Shown here: one piece after another, positions 18,587 through 30,778 of the stretch
Layout of the letters: each line of letters starts with the position of its first letter
Numbering within the stretch: the stretch's first letter is position 1
DNA from: an uncultured Chloroflexia bacterium
Lineage (GTDB): Bacteria; Chloroflexota; Limnocylindria; Limnocylindrales; CSP1-4
Assembly (NCBI GenBank): GCA_963772565.1
Contig: CAVYXU010000076.1
Span: forward strand, 10,417-74,416
Reading direction: 5' to 3'
DNA: 64,000 nucleotides
Translations under genes and position numbers: made by a program
The notes under the pieces: generated by a model
Databases searched by the model: none
Told to the model about the DNA's origin: nothing
Seen by the model: only the letters and a program-made list of their open reading frames with translations

Positions 18587-21349
18587 ATGACGTCGTTGAC
18601 GCGGCGCCGTGCACTCGTGCTCGGCGCCGTCGTGATGTTGGTCGCCGGGGTTCTCGCGGTCGGGCGGTTGTCCGCTCCGGGCGAGCCGGCGGCCAAGGCA
18701 GACCAGGCAGACCAGGCAGAGCAGCTTTTGCCGCGGGCCGCAGAGGAGTTCCTCGGCGAGACCGGCGAGAAGGATCTGCAGGAGGGCTCACAGGGCGTCG
18801 CCAACGGCGGCTCCGGCGGGGAGGCCGCCGAGCTCCAGACGGCAATGGAGCAGTTCGCGGAGGCGCGCACCGCCCCCGGCATCGTCAACTCCGGGGCGTA
18901 CTCGGACGCGTTCAACAACATGACCGGCCTCGGCGCGACGGCCGGCGCCTGGGACGAGGTCACCAACGTCCCCTATGACGCGGATGACCCGAACTATCGC
19001 GACTACTACTCGAACTCGAGCGGCGGTTCCGGTCTCGTCACCGGGCGCATCACCGGCCTCGCCGCGGACGGAAACGGCAACGTCTACGCCGGCGGCGCTG
19101 ACGGCGGCGTCTGGCGATCGACGACCGGCGGCGGCGACTGGACCCCGATTGCCGACAGCCTCCCCTCGCTGTCTACCGGCGATCTGCAGCTCGCGCCCGA
19201 CGGCTCGCTGTGGTATGCGACCGGCGAGGCCAACACGGGCGGCACGAGCTACGTCGGCAGCGGTGTGTACCGGCTCGCCAACCCGGAGATGGCGAGCAGC
19301 AAGTTCACCACGGGCGACCGTGTCGGCGGAACGGAGCTCGAGAGCACCACGATCAACGCGCTGCGCTTCGCGCCCAACGGCACCGCCTGGGTCGCGACAC
19401 TGCGCGGCGTCTGGTCGTACACGGCTGGCGACGCTCACTGGAAGCTGTCGTTTGCGCCCAACCCGAGCTACATGCCGGGCGAAGCAAAGGCCGACGACGC
19501 GAACGCCGCTTACAAGAACATCGTCAACGACATCGCCATCGACCCCAGCAACTCGCAGCACCTGATCGCCGCGGCCGGCTGGCGGAGCGGCGACGCCTAC
19601 AACGGATTCTACGAGACGAAGAACGGTGGCAAGAGCTGGGTCAAGGCCAAGCCCAAGGGCGCGATCAACCCCAAGGACATCGGTAACGTGAGCTTCGCCT
19701 GGTCCTCGGATGGATCGAAGCTGTACGTCATGAACCAGTCGCCGCTGCTGCTCCAGAAGCTCACCGGCACCGTCAACAGCTATCTCGACGGCATCTACGT
19801 CTCCAACAACGGCTCGATCGACGGGCCGTGGTCGCAGATCGCCGACCAGCGCAAGCTGGCCAACTCCGGGTCCGCGCTCAAGCAGAGCCTCAGCGGCAAG
19901 GGCTATGGCCCCGGCATCCAGAGCTGGTACAACCAGTTCCTGGTCGTCGACCCGGCCAACCCCGAGCACGTCTACGCGGGTCTCGAGGAGGTCTACGAGA
20001 CGACCAACGGCGGCTCCAGCTGGAACACCGTCGGCCCGTACTGGAACTTCTACTTCCCGTGCTGGCGACCTGACAGCCTTTACGCGCCGAACGGCTCCGT
20101 GGGCTGCCCGCAGACGACCCATCCCGACCAGCATTCGGCTGCGGTCGGTACCGACAAGGACGGACATTCCTGGATCTACGTCGGCAACGACGGCGGCATC
20201 TACCGCCGGCCGATTGAAGGCTCGACAGACCGGAACGGCAACGCGACCGACTGGGAAAGCCTCAACGACGGCACCATCGACGCACTCCAGTACTACGCCG
20301 TCGGCGTGGGCCTCGCAAATGCCGCGAACACGAGGACTCCCAGTGGCTCCGGCGACGCCATCGTCAGCGGCGGTCTCCAGGACAATGGCGGTTCAATCCT
20401 CCGGCTCGGCTCCACGAACGGAAAGATGAGCTCCAACTTCGGCGGCGATGGCGGCGACGTTCTGGTCGACCCGAACGACGGCTGCAACATCGTCCAGGAA
20501 TACGTCTACCTGTCGATGGAGGTCACCCAGACCTGCGCCAACCCTGACCTCACCCAACATCCGAACGCCTTCCTCGACATCAACGACGCAACAACGTTTG
20601 ACATCTCGCCGCCGGACATCAACGCCCGGTTCATCGCGCCGTTCGCGGCCGACGCCGGCAACATCGACAACTGGCTCGCCGGCGGGCACAGCATCTGGTT
20701 CCAGACGAACGGGTTCAAGATCCGCTCGAGCAGCGAGTGGGACCGCGTCTATACCTTCCCCGGAACCGGGGCCCAGGTCGCCACTGCCATCGCATACACC
20801 GGCAACACGGCGATCGCCGGCTGGTGCGGCGGCTGCAACAACGCCGGGTTCACCCGGGGCGTGTCCGTTGGCCATTTCGACGGGACGACCTGGACCTGGG
20901 GCGAGGCGACGCTTGACGGCTCGCTCGGTGGCGACGTCGTCCCGAACCGGTACGTCGGCGGCGTCTCCGTCGACGCTGACGGCAACCTGTTCCTCGCGAT
21001 GAACGGCTTCAGCCGCCGCTTCACCGAGGGTCCGGGTGCCGGCATCGGCCACATCTTCGAGTCCACGGACGGTGGCGACACCTGGACCGACATCGGCGGT
21101 GACCCCACCGTTGCCGGCAACTTCCCCGACGTTCCGGCCAACAGCATCAAGGTCACCTCGACCGGCGGCCTCGTCGTCGGCACCGACCTTGGCGTGCTGT
21201 ACCGGGCGTCCGGCAGCGCCACCTGGCAGCGCCTCGGCTCCAACTTCCCGGCCACCGTCGTGATGGACGTGGAGCTTGGACCGGACGGCAACGTGTACGC
21301 GGCGACCCACGGTCGCGGCATCTGGATGATCAGCGCCGCGGGGCTGTAA
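18587..21349 (+). CDS. Large secreted BNR/Asp-box repeat beta-propeller protein (sortilin/VPS10- or GH74-like fold; function unknown)
   Basis: Signal-anchor MTSLTRRRALVLGAVVMLVAGVLAV. Asp-box-like motifs VWRSTTGGGDWTPI, YETKNGGKSWVKA, YETTNGGSSWNTV, FESTDGGDTWTDI. GGAGGAG lies 7-13 nt upstream of the ATG at 18587. Confidence 0.8.
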   Translation: MTSLTRRRALVLGAVVMLVAGVLAVGRLSAPGEPAAKADQADQAEQLLPRAAEEFLGETGEKDLQEGSQGVANGGSGGEAAELQTAMEQFAEARTAPGIVNSGAYSDAFNNMTGLGATAGAWDEVTNVPYDADDPNYRDYYSNSSGGSGLVTGRITGLAADGNGNVYAGGADGGVWRSTTGGGDWTPIADSLPSLSTGDLQLAPDGSLWYATGEANTGGTSYVGSGVYRLANPEMASSKFTTGDRVGGTELESTTINALRFAPNGTAWVATLRGVWSYTAGDAHWKLSFAPNPSYMPGEAKADDANAAYKNIVNDIAIDPSNSQHLIAAAGWRSGDAYNGFYETKNGGKSWVKAKPKGAINPKDIGNVSFAWSSDGSKLYVMNQSPLLLQKLTGTVNSYLDGIYVSNNGSIDGPWSQIADQRKLANSGSALKQSLSGKGYGPGIQSWYNQFLVVDPANPEHVYAGLEEVYETTNGGSSWNTVGPYWNFYFPCWRPDSLYAPNGSVGCPQTTHPDQHSAAVGTDKDGHSWIYVGNDGGIYRRPIEGSTDRNGNATDWESLNDGTIDALQYYAVGVGLANAANTRTPSGSGDAIVSGGLQDNGGSILRLGSTNGKMSSNFGGDGGDVLVDPNDGCNIVQEYVYLSMEVTQTCANPDLTQHPNAFLDINDATTFDISPPDINARFIAPFAADAGNIDNWLAGGHSIWFQTNGFKIRSSSEWDRVYTFPGTGAQVATAIAYTGNTAIAGWCGGCNNAGFTRGVSVGHFDGTTWTWGEATLDGSLGGDVVPNRYVGGVSVDADGNLFLAMNGFSRRFTEGPGAGIGHIFESTDGGDTWTDIGGDPTVAGNFPDVPANSIKVTSTGGLVVGTDLGVLYRASGSATWQRLGSNFPATVVMDVELGPDGNVYAATHGRGIWMISAAGL

Positions 21350-21377
21350 CCGCGGTCTGAAACCAGGAGAACGAGCG

Positions 21378-21409
21378 AGGCCCGCCGGCAACGGCGGGCC
21401 TCTTCTCTT
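21378..21409. terminator. Hairpin terminator between convergent genes (T-tract on the + side only)
   Basis: AGGCCCGCC-GGCAAC-GGCGGGCCT followed by CTTCTCTT. It sits between the stop at 21349 (+) and the stop at 21428 (-). Confidence 0.65.
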
Positions 21410-21427
21410 GCCCGGCGATCCTCGCGT

Positions 21428-23008
21428 CTACCCGGCGACCGCCCCCAGCTCTGCGCCCTCGTCGAGGGCGACGGCCGCCGTTGCCGCCCGCGCGGCGGCA
21501 CCGCGCGGCCCGAACACAAGCACCACCAGGGCGGCCGCCAGGAGGACCACGCTGGCCGTCAGGACCGCCGCCGACACACCACTGGCAAAGGCCTGGTTGG
21601 CGGCCGTCACGAGGGCTGCGCCGCGCTCGCCGAGCTGCTCGACAGGCCCGAACTGGACGAACGCGATCGAGCTCTTCGCAGCCTCGGCAACCTGCGGCGG
21701 CAGACCGGCAACCGCTCCCACCATCGCATCGCGATACGTGCTGTTGAGGACGCTGCCGAGGATCGCGATCCCGAACGCGCTACCCACCTCGCGCGCGGTG
21801 TCGTTGACCGCGGAGGCGACCCCCTGCTTGGCCGCCGGAAGCGAGGACACGATGGCGGTGGTCGCCGGCGTGCCCGCGAGGCCCATGCCCATCGCGAACA
21901 GCACGACGCCGATCGCGAACTGCCAGTAGACGAGCTCGGCGCCGATCGTCGAGATGACGAAGAACCCGACGGCGATCAGCGTGAGACCGAGCGCACCCAC
22001 GCGCGCGAACCCGAACCGGTCGGCGAGTCGTGGTGCATTGCGCGCCGTGGGGATCAGCACGAACGGCATCGGTAGCAGCGCCGCAGCTGCGTTGAGCGGC
22101 GAGAAGCCGTTCACGAACTGCAGGTACTGCATGACGATGAAGAAGAAGCCGAACGCGGCGAAGAACTGCGCGCTGATCGAGAGCGATCCCGTGCCGAACC
22201 CGCGCAGCAGGAACAGCCGCGGGTCGAGCATCGGGGCTTCGGCGCGCAGCTCGACCGCCACGAACAGCACCAGGGCGACGACACCGGCCACCAGGGCAAT
22301 GATCACCGACGGATCGTCCCAGCCCGACGTGGGGCCCTCGATGATCCCGAACACCAGACCCGAGATGCCGATCAGCGACAGCACCGCGCTTCCCGCGTTG
22401 AGCGCCGGCGGGTTGGCGTCGCGGCTGGTCGGGACGAGCGCGATCGTGCCGGCGAGCGCGATCAGGGCCAGGGCGACATTGAGGGCGAAGAACGAGTTCC
22501 AGGAGAACCACTCGAGCAGCAGGCCGGCCCCGAACAGGCCGAGGACCGCGCCGCCCCCGGCGACGCCGACCCAGACGCCCACCGCCCGGCCGCGCTCGTC
22601 CGCGGGGAACGAGGTCGTGATCACCGACAGGGTCGTGGGCATCACGAACGCCGCCCCGATCCCCATCCCGGCGCGGAGGCCGATCAGAACCGTCGGATCG
22701 GACGTGAAGATCGCGCCCAGGGCCGACAGCCCGAACACGCTGAGGCCGCCGATCAGGGTCTCGCGCCGCCCGAACCGGTCGCCCACCGCCCCCGCGAACA
22801 GCAGCAGCCCGGCGAACACGACCGTGTAGGCATCGACGATCCACTGGAGCTGCGACTGGCTCGCACCGGTCTCTGTTGCGAGGCTCGGCAGCGCGACGTT
22901 GAGGCCGCTGACCGCCGACACCACCATCATCAGCGACACGGCGACGACGCCGAGGACGGCACGTCGCCTGCGGGGGCTCACGATCACCGGATCGAAGGAC
23001 GCGGGCAT
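21428..23008 (-). CDS. MFS transporter, DHA2 (EmrB/QacA, 14-TMS) drug-efflux family
   Basis: VSLMMVVSAVSGLNVALPSLATETGASQSQLQWIVDAYTVVFAGLLLFAGAVGDRFGRRETL; 526 aa with about 14 hydrophobic segments. Divergent from a TetR gene. Confidence 0.85.
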   Translation of the reverse strand: MPASFDPVIVSPRRRRAVLGVVAVSLMMVVSAVSGLNVALPSLATETGASQSQLQWIVDAYTVVFAGLLLFAGAVGDRFGRRETLIGGLSVFGLSALGAIFTSDPTVLIGLRAGMGIGAAFVMPTTLSVITTSFPADERGRAVGVWVGVAGGGAVLGLFGAGLLLEWFSWNSFFALNVALALIALAGTIALVPTSRDANPPALNAGSAVLSLIGISGLVFGIIEGPTSGWDDPSVIIALVAGVVALVLFVAVELRAEAPMLDPRLFLLRGFGTGSLSISAQFFAAFGFFFIVMQYLQFVNGFSPLNAAAALLPMPFVLIPTARNAPRLADRFGFARVGALGLTLIAVGFFVISTIGAELVYWQFAIGVVLFAMGMGLAGTPATTAIVSSLPAAKQGVASAVNDTAREVGSAFGIAILGSVLNSTYRDAMVGAVAGLPPQVAEAAKSSIAFVQFGPVEQLGERGAALVTAANQAFASGVSAAVLTASVVLLAAALVVLVFGPRGAAARAATAAVALDEGAELGAVAG

Positions 23009-23024
23009 GACTCACTCTCCTAAT

Positions 23025-23038
23025 TCCACGTTTGTGGA
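23025..23038. promoter_or_regulatory. Candidate TetR operator palindrome TCCAC-GTTT-GTGGA in the divergent MFS/TetR intergenic region
   Basis: 5-bp inverted half-sites with a 4-bp spacer, in the only AT-rich patch (23009-23101) between the two divergent starts. Confidence 0.4.
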
Positions 23039-23101
23039 TATACTATCGGAAGAGTCAATACCTCGAGGCAAACCCTTCCGCACCTGGGGCACGATTGGAA
23101 C

Positions 23102-23737
23102 GTGACTGACGCAACACGACCGGGCCGCCGGCCGGGCCGGCCCCGGACCCGCGAACAGATCCTGGCCGCCGCGGGGCGGCTGTTCGCCGAACTCGGCTAC
23201 GACCGCACCACGGTTCGCGGCATTGCCGAGGCCGCCGGGGTGGACTCACGCCTGGTGACGCACTACTTCGGATCCAAGCAGCGCCTGTTCCTGGAGACCA
23301 CGGAGCTGCCCGCCGACCCGCGCGTCATGTTCCCGGCGGCCCTGCGCTCGGCCGCTGACCCGGCCCGGGGACTGGCCGAGTTCATCGCCGGCTCGCTCGT
23401 CGACGAGCAGTTCCAGCGCGTGTCATCCGGGCTTGTCCGCGCCGCAGCGTCGGACCCTGAGGCATCGGCGATGGCGCGAGAATTTCTGGCCGAGCGGATG
23501 CTCAGGCCGATCGCCCAGCAGATCGGCGCCGACCAGCCCGAGCTTCGCGCCTCGCTGCTCGCCTCACTGACTGCCGGCCTCGTCCTGGCGCGCAACATCC
23601 TGCGGATCGAGCCGCTGGCGAGCCTCGAGCCTGCCGAGCTCGCTGCGTGGATCACGCCGGTCGTGCGGCGTTACCTCCTCGATCCCCTGCCCTCGCCGGC
23701 CGTGCCGGGCGCAGCCCCGGTGCCGCCGCCCGGCTGA
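23102..23737 (+). CDS. TetR/AcrR family transcriptional regulator
   Basis: RTREQILAAAGRLFAELGYDRTTVRGIAEAAGVDSRLVTHYFGSKQRLF (HTH). GTG start. Confidence 0.85.
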   Translation: MTDATRPGRRPGRPRTREQILAAAGRLFAELGYDRTTVRGIAEAAGVDSRLVTHYFGSKQRLFLETTELPADPRVMFPAALRSAADPARGLAEFIAGSLVDEQFQRVSSGLVRAAASDPEASAMAREFLAERMLRPIAQQIGADQPELRASLLASLTAGLVLARNILRIEPLASLEPAELAAWITPVVRRYLLDPLPSPAVPGAAPVPPPG

Positions 23738-23740
23738 CGA

Positions 23741-25012
23741 TCACGCCCCGGACGGCGTCTCACGACCGGCGTCAACATCGCCTGCGTGCACGATGTGCTC
23801 GAACTGGCGCCACAGGACCGCGACCAGCAGCGCCGAGCCCACGAACCCGAACCAGAACGGCGCAGTGATCCCGAACGTCCGCGCCAGCAGACCGCCGATC
23901 GGCGTCCCCACGACGATCCCGCCAACGAGGGCCACGCCGTAGACGCCGGTGACCCGCCCCAGCAGGTCGTCCGGCACAGCCCGCTGGCGGACCACGGTGG
24001 ACGTCGTCCCCCATATGAAGGCATGGGCGCCGAAGACCCCGAGCGTGAGCAGCGCGATCGCTGGTGACGTCGTCAGGGCGAGCGTGAGGTGCGTGCCGGT
24101 CTCGATCAGCAGCCCGACGCGCATGATATCGGCCAGCGAGAACCGTCGCTCGAGGCGACCGTACGAGACCGTGCCCACGACACCGCCGATCGCCATGGCC
24201 GTCGTCATCAGCCCGAAGCCGACCGCGTCCATGCCCAGCCGCTCGCTTGCGTACAGCACCAGCACCGACCACGCCGCGCCGAACGTCACGTTGAACGCCA
24301 CGATCGTGAGGGCCAGCGTCCGCATCGGCGGATGCCCGACCAGCCAGCGGACGCCCTCGACCATGTCCTTGCGGAATCCGTGGCGCGCCCGGGTGGTGCG
24401 GACGGCAGTGTCTACCACGACCCGCCATACGAGCACCGCCCCGAGCGCGAAGCAGGCAGCGTTGGCGGCGAACGGGAGCGCCATCCCGAACGCGAACAGG
24501 AACGCCCCGATGGGCGGCGCCAGGAGCTGGTTGGTGAGCAGGAACGAGCCCTGGAGCCGTGCGTTGGCAAGACCCAGGTCCTCGCGCCTGACGAGGCGCG
24601 GCAGCAGGCTCTGGCTCGACACATCAGCGAACGACTCCGCGGTGCCCAGGACGAACAGCGCCACCAGCACGATGACGATGCTGACGCTGCCGCTCGCGAT
24701 CGTCGCCGCCAGGGCGCCGAGCACGACGGCACGGGCCAGGTTGACGCCCGCCACGATCCGCCGCCGATCGAACCGATCGGCCGTCGCGCCGGCGACGACG
24801 CCGAACAGCAGGTTAGGCAGGTACTGGCTGAGCACCGCCATCGACACCAGGAACGGGTCCCGGGTCTGGGAGGCGATCAGCAGCGGGCCTGCCGCCAGCG
24901 CGATCCCGTCGCCCACGTTGGTGACCAGCGACGCCGCCAGCAGCCAGCGGAACGGACGGCCAAGTCGCTCCGGCGCGACGGTCCGCGCGATCAGTGCCGG
25001 GAGGTGGCGCAC
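23741..25012 (-). CDS. MFS transporter (EntS/MFS_3-like)
   Basis: FRWLLAASLVTNVGDGIALAAGPLLIASQTRDPFLVSMAVLSQYLPNLLFGVVAGATADRFDRRRI; 12 TM-like segments. Confidence 0.8.
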   Translation of the reverse strand: MRHLPALIARTVAPERLGRPFRWLLAASLVTNVGDGIALAAGPLLIASQTRDPFLVSMAVLSQYLPNLLFGVVAGATADRFDRRRIVAGVNLARAVVLGALAATIASGSVSIVIVLVALFVLGTAESFADVSSQSLLPRLVRREDLGLANARLQGSFLLTNQLLAPPIGAFLFAFGMALPFAANAACFALGAVLVWRVVVDTAVRTTRARHGFRKDMVEGVRWLVGHPPMRTLALTIVAFNVTFGAAWSVLVLYASERLGMDAVGFGLMTTAMAIGGVVGTVSYGRLERRFSLADIMRVGLLIETGTHLTLALTTSPAIALLTLGVFGAHAFIWGTTSTVVRQRAVPDDLLGRVTGVYGVALVGGIVVGTPIGGLLARTFGITAPFWFGFVGSALLVAVLWRQFEHIVHAGDVDAGRETPSGA

Positions 25013-25098
25013 GGGCCGGAGCGTATCAGCCCTTCGGGTCGATCACGGGCCAGCCGTTCGACGAGGCCGTCGACCGCCCGGCGCGCGCGAGTGCGACG

Positions 25099-25518
25099 TC
25101 AGGAAGCGTCGGGATCCAGGGTCGCGAGGCGGCTCGCGAGCACCTCGAGCACCGACGTACGCACCGTGGGCATCTCGTCCATCAGCGAGTGGAACTCGCG
25201 ATGCCCGACGACGAACAGCCGGCACGGCTCCATCGCGGTGACGGTGGCGGTCCGGGGCATCTCCGCCAGCAGGGCGATCTCGCCCAGCACGGTCCCCGAT
25301 CCCCGGTTGCCGATCGCCCTGCCATCGCGCTCCACCGAAATGGTTCCGCTCTCCACGATGAACATCTCGCCGCCGCGGTCACCCTGGCGCATCAGGACGT
25401 GGTCCACCGGCACGTCGACCTCATCGGTCAGCTGGCCGAGGCGACCGATCTCCCGAGATCCAAGGCCCGAGAACAGGGGAATGGAACGAAGGCGATCGAG
25501 CTTGGGGTCGGCTGCCAT
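25099..25518 (-). CDS. Stand-alone cyclic nucleotide-binding domain protein
   Basis: LRSIPLFSGLGSREIGRLGQL...GDRGGEMFIVESGTISVERDG...GTVLGEIALLAEMPRTATVTA (cNMP-binding fold). No HTH. Confidence 0.8.
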   Translation of the reverse strand: MAADPKLDRLRSIPLFSGLGSREIGRLGQLTDEVDVPVDHVLMRQGDRGGEMFIVESGTISVERDGRAIGNRGSGTVLGEIALLAEMPRTATVTAMEPCRLFVVGHREFHSLMDEMPTVRTSVLEVLASRLATLDPDAS

Positions 25519-25679
25519 CTGGCCCTCACCTCAGGTTTGGGACGGCCCTCCGCCGCCCATTGAGCCGAGGATAGCGCTCGCGGCAAGCGGAGTCGGGGGC
25601 GGGAGGGCGGCGGCTCGACGCCGGGGCCTCGACGCCGGCCGGACGGCCGTCGCGCAACCGCCAATGCTATGGTCGCGCC

Positions 25680-26099
25680 GTGGAACGCGACGATCTGGTA
25701 CGGCTCCGGCGCGCTCGAGATCAGATGGATCGCGAGTACGCGCGCCCGCTTGACGTGGAGGCGCTGGCCCGGACCGCCTGCATGTCATCCGGCCACTTCT
25801 CACGCAGCTTCCGCGCCGCCTACGGCGAGACCCCATACAGCTATCTCATGACCCGCCGCATCGAGCGGGCCATGGCCCTGCTCCGGCGCGGCGACCTCTC
25901 GGTCACCGAGGTCTGCTTCGAGGTCGGCTGCGCGTCGCTGGGGACCTTCAGCTCGCGCTTCAGCGAGCTCGTGGGCGAAAGCCCGAGTGCCTATCGGGCG
26001 CGGGATCATTCGTGGACGGAACCGCTCCCTGCCTGTCTGGCGCGATCGGCGCTGCGACCGGTCAGGAATCGAGAAGCGACCGCCACCGGCCCGGGATAG
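25680..26099 (+). CDS. AraC-family helix-turn-helix transcriptional regulator (short form)
   Basis: LDVEALARTACMSSGHFSRSFRAAYGETPYSYLMTRRIERAMALLRRGDLSVTEVCFEVGCASLGTFSSRFSELVGESPSAYR. Confidence 0.8.
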   Translation: MERDDLVRLRRARDQMDREYARPLDVEALARTACMSSGHFSRSFRAAYGETPYSYLMTRRIERAMALLRRGDLSVTEVCFEVGCASLGTFSSRFSELVGESPSAYRARDHSWTEPLPACLARSALRPVRNREATATGPG

Positions 26100-26109
26100 G
26101 CTTGGGCCT

Positions 26110-26523
26110 ATGGACGTGAAGCTGTACACCTGCTCGCTGGCGGTCGACGATCACGAGAAGGCGATCGCGTTCTATCGCGACGCGCTCGGCTTCGAGGTGC
26201 GGAGCGACGTGGGCTCCGGGCAGATGCGCTGGGTCACCGTGGCGGCGCCCTCACAGCCCGACGTCAACATCCTGCTCGCGCCCCCGGCAGCCGATCCCGG
26301 CATCTCGCCGTCGGACCGCCAGGCGATCAGCGACCTGCTTGCCAAGGGCCTGCTGGGGTGGTTGAACCTCTCGACCTCGGACCTTGAGACGACCTTCGAT
26401 CACGTGCAGGCGAGCGGCGCCGAGGTGGTCCAGGAGCCGATGGACCAGCCGTGGGGCGCCCGCGACTGCGCATTCCGCGATCCCGCCGGCAACCTGATCC
26501 GGATCACCCAGTCGCAGGGCTGA
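26110..26523 (+). CDS. VOC / glyoxalase-bleomycin-resistance family protein
   Basis: MDVKLYTCSLAVDDHEKAIAFYRDALGFEVRSD...DQPWGARDCAFRDPAGNLIRITQ. The ATG at 26110 lies 8 nt (26102-26109) downstream of the AraC stop codon (26097-26099). Confidence 0.8.
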   Translation: MDVKLYTCSLAVDDHEKAIAFYRDALGFEVRSDVGSGQMRWVTVAAPSQPDVNILLAPPAADPGISPSDRQAISDLLAKGLLGWLNLSTSDLETTFDHVQASGAEVVQEPMDQPWGARDCAFRDPAGNLIRITQSQG

Positions 26524-26573
26524 TCGCGACTCACCCTGCTCCATCGAAGCTTCCGATCCCCTACCTTGGCCCG

Positions 26574-28919
<2,346 letters not shown>

Positions 28920-29056
28920 TCCAGGCTCGACTGGGGCTTTGGCGGGCGTCGCGTCGGGACCGGCGCCCCCGGCCATCGACGTGTTGCGGCAGGCCGGTTG
29001 TGCTCATCGGTGACGCCGGTGGTGTGGTGGCCGCGGCCGTCGGCTACTCTCGTGCC

Positions 29057-29806
29057 ATGGCTACCCACGACTGGTTCGACGGGGAGACGGCGTCAACATA
29101 CGACGCGGACGAGGCAACGATGTTCGAGCCGGCGAACCTGGAGCCGGCCGTCGCATTCCTGGCTGACCTCGCCGGAGACGGTGAGGTCCTGGAGTTCGCG
29201 ATCGGCACCGGCCGGGTGGCCCTGCCGCTCTCCGCCCATGGATGCCGAGTGTCGGGGATCGACCTGTCGCCCGCGATGGTTGCGCAGCTTCGTGCCAAGG
29301 CGCGAGGCGACGAGTCCTCGATCCCGGTTGCCATCGGGGATATCGCCACCACCCGCGTGAGCCGGGCAGGGTCGTACTCCCTCGTCTACCTCGTGTTCAA
29401 CACGATCACCAACCTGACGACACAGGACGCGCAGGTCGACTGCTTCGTCAACGCGGCGACGCACCTCCGGCCCGGCGGCCTCTTCGTGGTGGAGACCTTC
29501 GTGCCCAGCCTGCAGCGGCTGCCGGCCGGTGAGACGCTCGTCCCATTCGATGTGAGCGAGTCCCACATTGGCATCGACGAATACGACGTCGTGAGCCAGT
29601 CGGTCGTCTCCCATCACGTGACGACCCACGAGGGCACGGTGACGCGCGCTTCCACGCCGTTCCGCTACGTGTGGCCGGCCGAGCTCGACCTGATGGCGAG
29701 GATCGCGGGCATGGAGCTCCGGGAGCGATGGGCCGATTGGTCTCGGACCCCATTCACGAGTTCGAGCCGGTCCCACATCTCCGTCTGGGAGAAGGTCGTC
29801 GTCTGA
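29057..29806 (+). CDS. Class I SAM-dependent methyltransferase
   Basis: VLEFAIGTGRVALPLSAHGCRVSGIDLSPAMV...IGD...LVYLVFNTITNL...LRPGGLFVVE. The ATG at 29057 is in frame with the junk upstream part of track ORF 27911... Confidence 0.8.
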   Translation: MATHDWFDGETASTYDADEATMFEPANLEPAVAFLADLAGDGEVLEFAIGTGRVALPLSAHGCRVSGIDLSPAMVAQLRAKARGDESSIPVAIGDIATTRVSRAGSYSLVYLVFNTITNLTTQDAQVDCFVNAATHLRPGGLFVVETFVPSLQRLPAGETLVPFDVSESHIGIDEYDVVSQSVVSHHVTTHEGTVTRASTPFRYVWPAELDLMARIAGMELRERWADWSRTPFTSSSRSHISVWEKVVV

Positions 29807-29846
29807 CGCGGCATGGGGGCGCTGGGTCCCCGGCACCTCGACCGGC

Positions 29847-30560
29847 ATGGTCGCCACCCTGCGTCGGCAGGCATCACCGTCTAGCATCGCTCTTGTGACG
29901 CTCGACCGATCCACTGTCAAGGTCGGCGCTGCATCGCGTGCTTCCACGCTCGCGAATGCCAGCTCGACCCGGGTCCTGGTCGTCGCCGTCGGAGCAGGGC
30001 TCGCCATCGGCATCGCCACCTCCGTGGGCCAAGGGTCGCTGCCGGATGGACTGGCGCCCCTTGCCAACTCGTCGGGCTCGTGGTGCCTGTGTGCGTTCGC
30101 CCTCGCGCTGCTCGCGCGGGACTCGCGCACGGCGGCCCTGGTCGGGTTCGCCTCGCTCGTCGCCATGCTCGCCGGCTACGCGTTTGCCACTGAGCTCCGC
30201 GGGTATCCGGTCGCCACCTCGATGTTCGTCCGCTGGGGCGTGGCGGCGGTCATCGCCGGGCCTGCACTCGGTGTTGGCGCAGCGTGGCTGAGGGGCCCGA
30301 ACCCGCTCCGTGCCGCTGCCGGGATCGCTCCGGTCGCCGGCATCCTGCTGGGCGAGGGACTGTATGGCCTCACCGTGGTGGCAGCAACGACGCCCATTGG
30401 CTACTGGATCGCCGAGATGGCTGCCGGCCTTCTCTTCCTGCTCCTGGCGGCCATGCGTCTCAGACACAAGCCCAGGATCGCGTTGATGCTGGCGCTCTCG
30501 GCCATCGCAAGCGTCACCTTCTACCTGGTGTACGCGGGCGTGCTCGGCTCGCTGATCTGA
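29847..30560 (+). CDS. Hypothetical polytopic membrane protein
   Basis: Six or so hydrophobic segments (VLVVAVGAGLAIGIATSV, WCLCAFALALLA, LVGFASLVAMLAGYAF, ...). I recall no family motif with confidence. The start is uncertain (ATG 29847 or GTG 29895). Confidence 0.5.
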   Translation: MVATLRRQASPSSIALVTLDRSTVKVGAASRASTLANASSTRVLVVAVGAGLAIGIATSVGQGSLPDGLAPLANSSGSWCLCAFALALLARDSRTAALVGFASLVAMLAGYAFATELRGYPVATSMFVRWGVAAVIAGPALGVGAAWLRGPNPLRAAAGIAPVAGILLGEGLYGLTVVAATTPIGYWIAEMAAGLLFLLLAAMRLRHKPRIALMLALSAIASVTFYLVYAGVLGSLI

Positions 30561-30585
30561 TATGGAAGGACATGTCAAGAGTGGC

Positions 30586-30778
30586 GCAGGGTGTGATCGA
30601 GTTCAGGTTCTGGCGACGATGATCACTCTGATATGCGCGGGTCGGCCGGGCCGTTGCCGCATGACAGTGAGCCGTCACCGAGCTGCCTCGAACTAGAAGC
30701 GCGAGTTCTGGGAGATCGCGGAGATCAGACGAGGTCGGCCTCGAGGCAGCTCGGCGGTGACGGTCGATCACACCCTGC
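30586..30778. repeat. Nested long inverted repeats forming a ~190-nt structured element just 3' of the transposase stop
   Basis: Outer 15-bp perfect IR: GCAGGGTGTGATCGA (30586-30600) and TCGATCACACCCTGC (30764-30778). Inner imperfect IR: GCCGTCACCGAGCTGCCTCGA (30671-30691) and TCGAGGCAGCTCGGCGGTGACGG (30741-30763). Confidence 0.8.
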
